From Mariprofundaceae bacterium (GTDB lineage Bacteria; Pseudomonadota; Zetaproteobacteria; Mariprofundales; Mariprofundaceae), in the NCBI GenBank assembly GCA_030950905.1, contig JAUZQQ010000027.1, forward strand, positions 9,306 through 73,305: DNA of 64,000 nt, written 5' to 3'. Shown piece by piece: positions 59,165 to 64,000 of this stretch (positions are counted from its first letter, which is position 1; the number at the start of each line of letters is the position of its first letter). Below the pieces are notes generated by a model that was given only the letters and a program-made list of their open reading frames with translations, did not search any database and had not been told where the DNA came from. The translations under genes were made by a program, and so were the position numbers.

Positions 59165-59206
59165 CGTTTTTACTGCAATAGCGGCAACAAATTAGCGTTC
59201 TCCCAT

Positions 59207-60367
59207 TCAATGGGTGGCAGGTCGCACATGATCGCCCATGTGTATGGGTGATACCGCCTCTGTAACAAAAGCCATGGCACTGTTGGGCGTAACAGAAATG
59301 ATCATAATACGTCCAATACGCTCCATCGGTAATTGTACATCATGCCCTGTCACCACATCTTCAATGATACGTCCAGCATGAAAAATAACGAATTTCATAC
59401 CTGGGCGTAACCCTTGTTTTTTACCCAGGTTGATAGCAACAATCTGACTGGAACTCACCTCTGTGGTATCATCTTGCAAATAAACCACCCGCCCTTGCAT
59501 ATTGTAAAGGGAAACAGAGGATGAAATTTTTGTTTCTATTTTGATGTTGGGAACCAACATATCACCACGTGAAATTTCAGAAAAGGCATACAAAACACGT
59601 CCTTTATAAACACCGCCCTTAATATCTACAACCTCAATCTTTCCCAAATGGTGCATTAATGTCCCCAATTCACCACCATTTTGAATATCGGCCACGGCAT
59701 GTCCTTTGCGAAAAACATCAAATTGTTCCCCCCGCAGGACAGCCCTAGAAAAACGCAAATAAAGCTGGTCACCCTCGCCATAGTTAAGGCGATGCATTTC
59801 AGAATCTAAAATATAACCTATGGATACAAAAGATTTTTTAGGATCAATAAAATCACGCCGCAACATCTCTGGAAATTCAAACGTCTGCTCAATATTACTT
59901 TCAAGCCGCTCGACTTCTTTGACAATGATACTTGGCCGAGGACGCACGGTGGTTAAACCACCCAATGTTTTAACCTCCCTTGGTGTCATTAGCCGTTCAT
60001 GGTTCATTTTTGACGCTGCAGTATCAGTGCCATTAAAAGATGAATGCCGAGGTTCTTGGGCAAGTTGCTTGGGCACATGGGCAGCATCAAACCAAATTTT
60101 ATTGCCCGGATAAATCAAGTCGGGGTTGGTGATGTAAAGATTACGATCCCAAATACTCATCCAGCGTTGGGGGTTTTTAAAAAAATGATCGGCAATATCC
60201 CATAGGGTATCGTTCTTTTTTACAATATACGGTTGCGCAACCGATGTTTTTAACGCCGTACCATTGGCATTATCCCCCGTCATGCCAAGTGTCGGATAAA
60301 GAATGAATCCAAGGCACGCGATGAATCCATATACGATTTTTCGAATCAACATCTCTCGAATCAGCAT
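59207..60367 (-). CDS. LysM peptidoglycan-binding domain protein
   Basis: Signal peptide, then LysM YIVKKNDTLWDIADHFF...NPDLIYPGNKIWF. Position upstream of dprA as in many proteobacteria. Confidence 0.75.
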   Translation of the reverse strand: MLIREMLIRKIVYGFIACLGFILYPTLGMTGDNANGTALKTSVAQPYIVKKNDTLWDIADHFFKNPQRWMSIWDRNLYITNPDLIYPGNKIWFDAAHVPKQLAQEPRHSSFNGTDTAASKMNHERLMTPREVKTLGGLTTVRPRPSIIVKEVERLESNIEQTFEFPEMLRRDFIDPKKSFVSIGYILDSEMHRLNYGEGDQLYLRFSRAVLRGEQFDVFRKGHAVADIQNGGELGTLMHHLGKIEVVDIKGGVYKGRVLYAFSEISRGDMLVPNIKIETKISSSVSLYNMQGRVVYLQDDTTEVSSSQIVAINLGKKQGLRPGMKFVIFHAGRIIEDVVTGHDVQLPMERIGRIMIISVTPNSAMAFVTEAVSPIHMGDHVRPATH

Positions 60368-60376
60368 AAATAGCCC

Positions 60377-60985
60377 CTATTTTTTTCCAATCGTTGGTTC
60401 TTCATGACGCAACAAACGCTGAATATTGCTAATGTGGCGAATGATCACAAGTGCCGCTAAGATTAAAGCAGCCAAAAGTGTTGCCCTCCCGCCTGTATGC
60501 GAGAAAAAAACCAATACGGGAACCAATGCCGCAGCGACGATTGAAGCAACGGCAACATAGCGGGTGGTGAAAAGCACAATCAACCATGCTGCAAAAGCTG
60601 TTACACTGATCCATGGCAACCACGGCAATAACACCCCAAACATCGTAGCCACGCCTTTGCCACCACGAAACTTTAAATAAACAGGGAAAATATGACCGAC
60701 AAAAGCGGCCAAGGCGACACATACGAGCAATATTTCATCGCCATGGCGTTCTGCCAAAGCAACCACCAATGCACCCTTGCCCACATCGGCCAGCAAAGTC
60801 AATATGCCCACTGTTTTCCCTGCGGTGCGCAAGGCATTGGTTGCGCCAATATTACCGCTGCCATGCTCGCGCGGGTCTTTGTTGCTTAAAGCTTTGCTAA
60901 ATAACAAGCCAAAAGGAATACTTCCCAACAAATATGCGCCGATACACCACAGCCAAAATGTAGACGTTGCAAGGAAATCAATCAT
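60377..60985 (-). CDS. plsY: Glycerol-3-phosphate acyltransferase (acyl-phosphate dependent)
   Basis: Hallmark HGSGNIGATNALR, FRGGKGVAT, and 5-6 TM segments. Confidence 0.93.
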   Translation of the reverse strand: MIDFLATSTFWLWCIGAYLLGSIPFGLLFSKALSNKDPREHGSGNIGATNALRTAGKTVGILTLLADVGKGALVVALAERHGDEILLVCVALAAFVGHIFPVYLKFRGGKGVATMFGVLLPWLPWISVTAFAAWLIVLFTTRYVAVASIVAAALVPVLVFFSHTGGRATLLAALILAALVIIRHISNIQRLLRHEEPTIGKK

Positions 60986-61000
60986 TATAGATCATAAAGA

Positions 61001-61954
61001 TCATAATTTACGGTAACTTTTTCGATTAATGTTTAATTGTTGCTGAAGCCGTTTTGCTTGAACACCATTGATATAGCGCGGTAAAACAGACTCAACCGAT
61101 GATGGCGAACCAAAACAAACAGGGAATGGTGTGTCGCCATCAACAACATTATCTGATTGAAGCATCGTCAATTGATCGGGGGTTAGCGGCGGCACAGGTA
61201 AAAACTGTAAGACTTTGGCCAGCATGCCTGCGATGGCGTTGGGTACGGGCAGACACAAGCGTGTTCGTTGTTTGTGTGCCAACAATACATCAACCAGTGT
61301 ATGAAAGGTGTATGATGTTGGTCCGCCAAGATCATAACTTTGCCCAACGCTTGTCATACTGCCCATGCTTTGAACAAAAGCACGGGCAACATCTTCTACC
61401 CACACAGGTTGAAAACGGGTATTGCCTGCAATAACAGGAAAAACAGGAAGAAAGCGAGACATCACATCAAGCTTGTTAAAAAAATCATCCTCCTGTCCAA
61501 AAATAACGGAGGGACGCATGATTGTCCAATCAAGGGGTGAATCACGCACCAGTTTTTCTGCTGCATGTTTACTGCGCCCATACGCACTCTCACTTTGACC
61601 GCTCGCGCCCAATGCACTCATATGAAGGTAGCGTTGAACACCCAAGGCCTCACAGGCCTTTAGAATGTTTCGTGTGCCGTGCACATGCGCAGCATCAAAA
61701 GTATAACAGCCACGTTCAAACAATAACCCGACCAAATTAATCACACCATCCATGCCAGCCACGGCTTCCTTCAAGCCTTTGCCACTGCAAATATCAGCTT
61801 TGCATAAATCGCTAACACCAGCAACCAATAAATACCTGGCCTTTTCAGGATGCCTACAAGCCACGCGCACTTGATAACCTGCCATCAAAGCCTGCCGCAT
61901 CACTGAGCGTCCAACAAAGCCACTGCCACCAATAATACAGATGTTTTTCGCCAT
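61001..61954 (-). CDS. NAD(P)-binding atypical SDR (NDUFA9 / NmrA-like epimerase-dehydratase family)
   Basis: Start moved to ATG 61954 (GGAGG at 61962-61966): MAKNICIIGGSGFVGRS Rossmann motif. The track start is 61996. Confidence 0.7.
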   Translation of the reverse strand: MAKNICIIGGSGFVGRSVMRQALMAGYQVRVACRHPEKARYLLVAGVSDLCKADICSGKGLKEAVAGMDGVINLVGLLFERGCYTFDAAHVHGTRNILKACEALGVQRYLHMSALGASGQSESAYGRSKHAAEKLVRDSPLDWTIMRPSVIFGQEDDFFNKLDVMSRFLPVFPVIAGNTRFQPVWVEDVARAFVQSMGSMTSVGQSYDLGGPTSYTFHTLVDVLLAHKQRTRLCLPVPNAIAGMLAKVLQFLPVPPLTPDQLTMLQSDNVVDGDTPFPVCFGSPSSVESVLPRYINGVQAKRLQQQLNINRKSYRKL

Positions 61955-62257
61955 AAAATCCCCTCCATTTAAGCCCATTATGCAACGCCTTTGCAAGCGG
62001 TCTATCCATCAGTATTGATGATAACATCGTACAACAGGCTGCCAATACAACAAAGGATAGCATTAACGGTAAAGACTACAAATATGTATTTCGGCATTAA
62101 AACATGCGGCTAAGCATTCATCATAAATAAGGTGGGGCTCTGTGACCAATACGCTTGAATTTACCGCGATCATCCCTACTTTTTTAAAGGGGGTTGCCAT
62201 TTTTAATGCAGCGTTTTAGGCTAACAATTTTTAGAGGACATACTATTATAACAACCC

Positions 62258-63883
62258 ATGGATATTAACAAATTTACATCGGTCTGGGATTTTGGAAATA
62301 TGAGCCTTGGGGAATTGGTTTCCAACCCCTTTGAGCATATCAAAGAGCGCTTGTTTGATTACAAAACGAACCCTGATGTTGAAAGTATCAAAGAATTGCG
62401 CATGCTAATACAAAGCTATTTGCGAGAGATGAACAGCAACACCAACACGCCGCTATCGCATCGCTTGCGCGTGATTGATGCGCTTGGTTCGTATATTACC
62501 ATCTTGCAAGAGATTGGTGTGCCAAATTTGTTGGAAAGTTATGATAAAGTTATTGCCCCTATTGCCGAACGCGCCGATAAAAAACCCCTCTTTGCCGAAG
62601 CCTTGGTGGAATTGGCTGCTTTATCTTACCATTTGACGCTTGCTGATTTACAACGCACCCTGATGCAATACCGACCTGTATCACTGGTATCTATCCGTCG
62701 CGCATTGTCGTTGATGCATACTGTATTAAAAATATTTCGCAAGCATCGTTTACCATCAACCCCTTGGTTGGTGCGCTTAACCCGATTGTATGTGTTGCAT
62801 GAATTATTGCGCATGGTTAATACTTATGCCATGACCACGGAAAAACAAAAATCTGCGATCATGCAGTTACACAAGCATATGGAGGGGGGGCTGGCCGTAA
62901 ATCTGCGTTTTTTCTTTGCTGGTGAACATGTTGTTTGCACGGGTTTGGTATTAATGACCGACCCACAAAAACCACACGCTTCTCCGGTGCGTTCCTTGCG
63001 CTACGATGCAGTCATAGAGCACGATACTATCGTGATTGATCTTGATGCCATGGCGCAAAAATCTTTGGCTGAAATGCGCCATGCCGAGAAAAAAACAAGT
63101 CCACAACATCAAGGGCAACGTGACGATTATGTGGTGATTTCAAATGCCTTGCGTGATGCCATAGCCTTGGGGGACATGATGCGAGAAGTCATGTACACCC
63201 GTCCCCGTCAACACCCCCGCCATCGCCCTCAAGGGAAAAAGAGCGTGGCTCTGCAAACAAAGCTGGATAAAGGCTTGCGTCATTTGTACAAGCAGCAACG
63301 TTATTTGAACGATCATATGACCATGAAAACACCCGATGCTGTTAATTTATGGCACGTGGTAGATATATCAGATGGTGGCTTTTATTTGGAACAAATGCCC
63401 ATCAGGGAGCGGGTTAAATCGGTATTTTCTGCGCACCAGTATGAGGACAAACCCCCACCGATGGAAGTGGGAATTGTCGTCAGCTATGCCTTAATTGAAC
63501 CTGCTACCCACCAATTAAAGGACAACCCACAAGTTGAATTATTGGCGTGTGGAATCGCCAAAATATCTTGGTTTCGTATTAACAGCAATGACCTAAAAAC
63601 TATCGGCGTGGCCAAAGTTATGCGCGGAGAAATCACCCAAATTAAACGCATTCGTGAAATGAACGCAACGACACCCAGTGATCAATTTTATGCGTGGGTG
63701 GAAACAGTCGATGATACGCACAAAAAACTATGGTCAACACAGAGTCAATTAACATCAGGGGCACCCATTGCCATAGGCAACAACAACGAATTACAAAAAG
63801 GCCGGGTTGTTAAAATGATTGAACGGGGCGTGAATTATGTGGTTCATTTATGCAAAATGGATACAAAGGATGGCACACCATGA
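62258..63883 (+). CDS. Large hypothetical protein with a PilZ-like (c-di-GMP-binding) motif pair in the C-terminal half
   Basis: RQHPRHR (RxxxR) is followed about 50 aa later by DISDGGFYLE (DxSxxG). The N-terminal region of about 300 aa is helical with no motif I recognise. Confidence 0.4.
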   Translation: MDINKFTSVWDFGNMSLGELVSNPFEHIKERLFDYKTNPDVESIKELRMLIQSYLREMNSNTNTPLSHRLRVIDALGSYITILQEIGVPNLLESYDKVIAPIAERADKKPLFAEALVELAALSYHLTLADLQRTLMQYRPVSLVSIRRALSLMHTVLKIFRKHRLPSTPWLVRLTRLYVLHELLRMVNTYAMTTEKQKSAIMQLHKHMEGGLAVNLRFFFAGEHVVCTGLVLMTDPQKPHASPVRSLRYDAVIEHDTIVIDLDAMAQKSLAEMRHAEKKTSPQHQGQRDDYVVISNALRDAIALGDMMREVMYTRPRQHPRHRPQGKKSVALQTKLDKGLRHLYKQQRYLNDHMTMKTPDAVNLWHVVDISDGGFYLEQMPIRERVKSVFSAHQYEDKPPPMEVGIVVSYALIEPATHQLKDNPQVELLACGIAKISWFRINSNDLKTIGVAKVMRGEITQIKRIREMNATTPSDQFYAWVETVDDTHKKLWSTQSQLTSGAPIAIGNNNELQKGRVVKMIERGVNYVVHLCKMDTKDGTP

Positions 63884-64000
63884 CGTGGCAAGTCCTTTTT
63901 TTGTTGCTATGTCTACTTCCTGCATACGCTTCTTGGGCTGAGGTTTACCATTGCAAGACTGGGCGTGGTACCATCAATTACACCAATGTTCCATGCATTG
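63880..64000 (+). CDS. DUF4124-like secreted protein, N-terminal part (runs off the right edge)
   Basis: Not in the track because there is no stop in the window. ATG 63880 forms an ATGA overlap with the previous stop. MTWQVLFLLLCLLPAYASWAEVYHCKTGRGTINYTNVPCI is a signal peptide plus a VY-x-C/W...G...Y-x-x-x-P-C pattern like DUF4124. Confidence 0.45.
   Translation, partial: MTWQVLFLLLCLLPAYASWAEVYHCKTGRGTINYTNVPCI

Noticed and set aside
1-64000. Looked for CRISPR arrays, tandem repeats, IS/transposase, integrase, reverse transcriptase, toxin-antitoxin pairs and rRNA
   Set aside because: I saw none in the ORF track or in the intergenic regions I read. A computational repeat search would be needed to exclude short or degenerate repeats inside genes.

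Overview
A densely coding 64-kb chromosomal window from a Gram-negative, Proteobacteria-like bacterium (LptF/G, AsmA, YbgC, DUF4124-like and NuoA are present; I cannot name the species). I support about 50 CDSs, one tRNA-Gln(CTG), one clear intrinsic terminator, one operator-like palindrome and one small inverted-repeat element. I saw no rRNA, CRISPR array, transposase, integrase or phage genes. Positions 1-29633 are all encoded on the minus strand and are mostly housekeeping: nuoA (5' part), yaiI, asmA, glmM-cdaR-cdaA-folP-ftsH, a UvrD-like helicase, a ClC channel, glgB, a heptose kinase, a methyltransferase, rlmN, a ferredoxin, cheW plus a GspE-type ATPase fused to a receiver domain, lptF/G, gatCAB, an NMO/FabK-like flavoprotein, ffh and tRNA-Gln. 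Positions 29.8-42 kb carry an HD hydrolase, dapE, an ABC1 kinase, ispG, a dual cNMP-binding protein, rnhB, an ABC exporter and ychF-pth-rplY. The block at about 42.0-57.5 kb looks accessory. It holds an AT-rich D-Ala-D-Ala-ligase-like ATP-grasp gene. Diverging from that gene is a translationally coupled four-gene operon: a 2206-aa PfaC/Pfa3-like KS-CLF-AT-DH-DH megasynthase with no ACP, KR, ER or PPTase, then a circularly permuted-type ATP-grasp, a GT2 transferase and a DUF2064 transferase. After the operon come an SbcD/SbcC-like (YhaO/YhaN-like) nuclease-ATPase pair and a 17-bp inverted repeat flanked by 9-bp direct repeats. The right end carries ybgC, dprA, a LysM protein, plsY, an SDR, a large PilZ-like protein and the start of a DUF4124-like gene. 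The best candidate for an undescribed system is the carrier-less Pfa-like synthase operon with its two flanking ATP-grasp ligases and the transferase pair. The second is the CheW-linked GspE-receiver fusion. All family calls come from motif reading by eye; no database search was possible.
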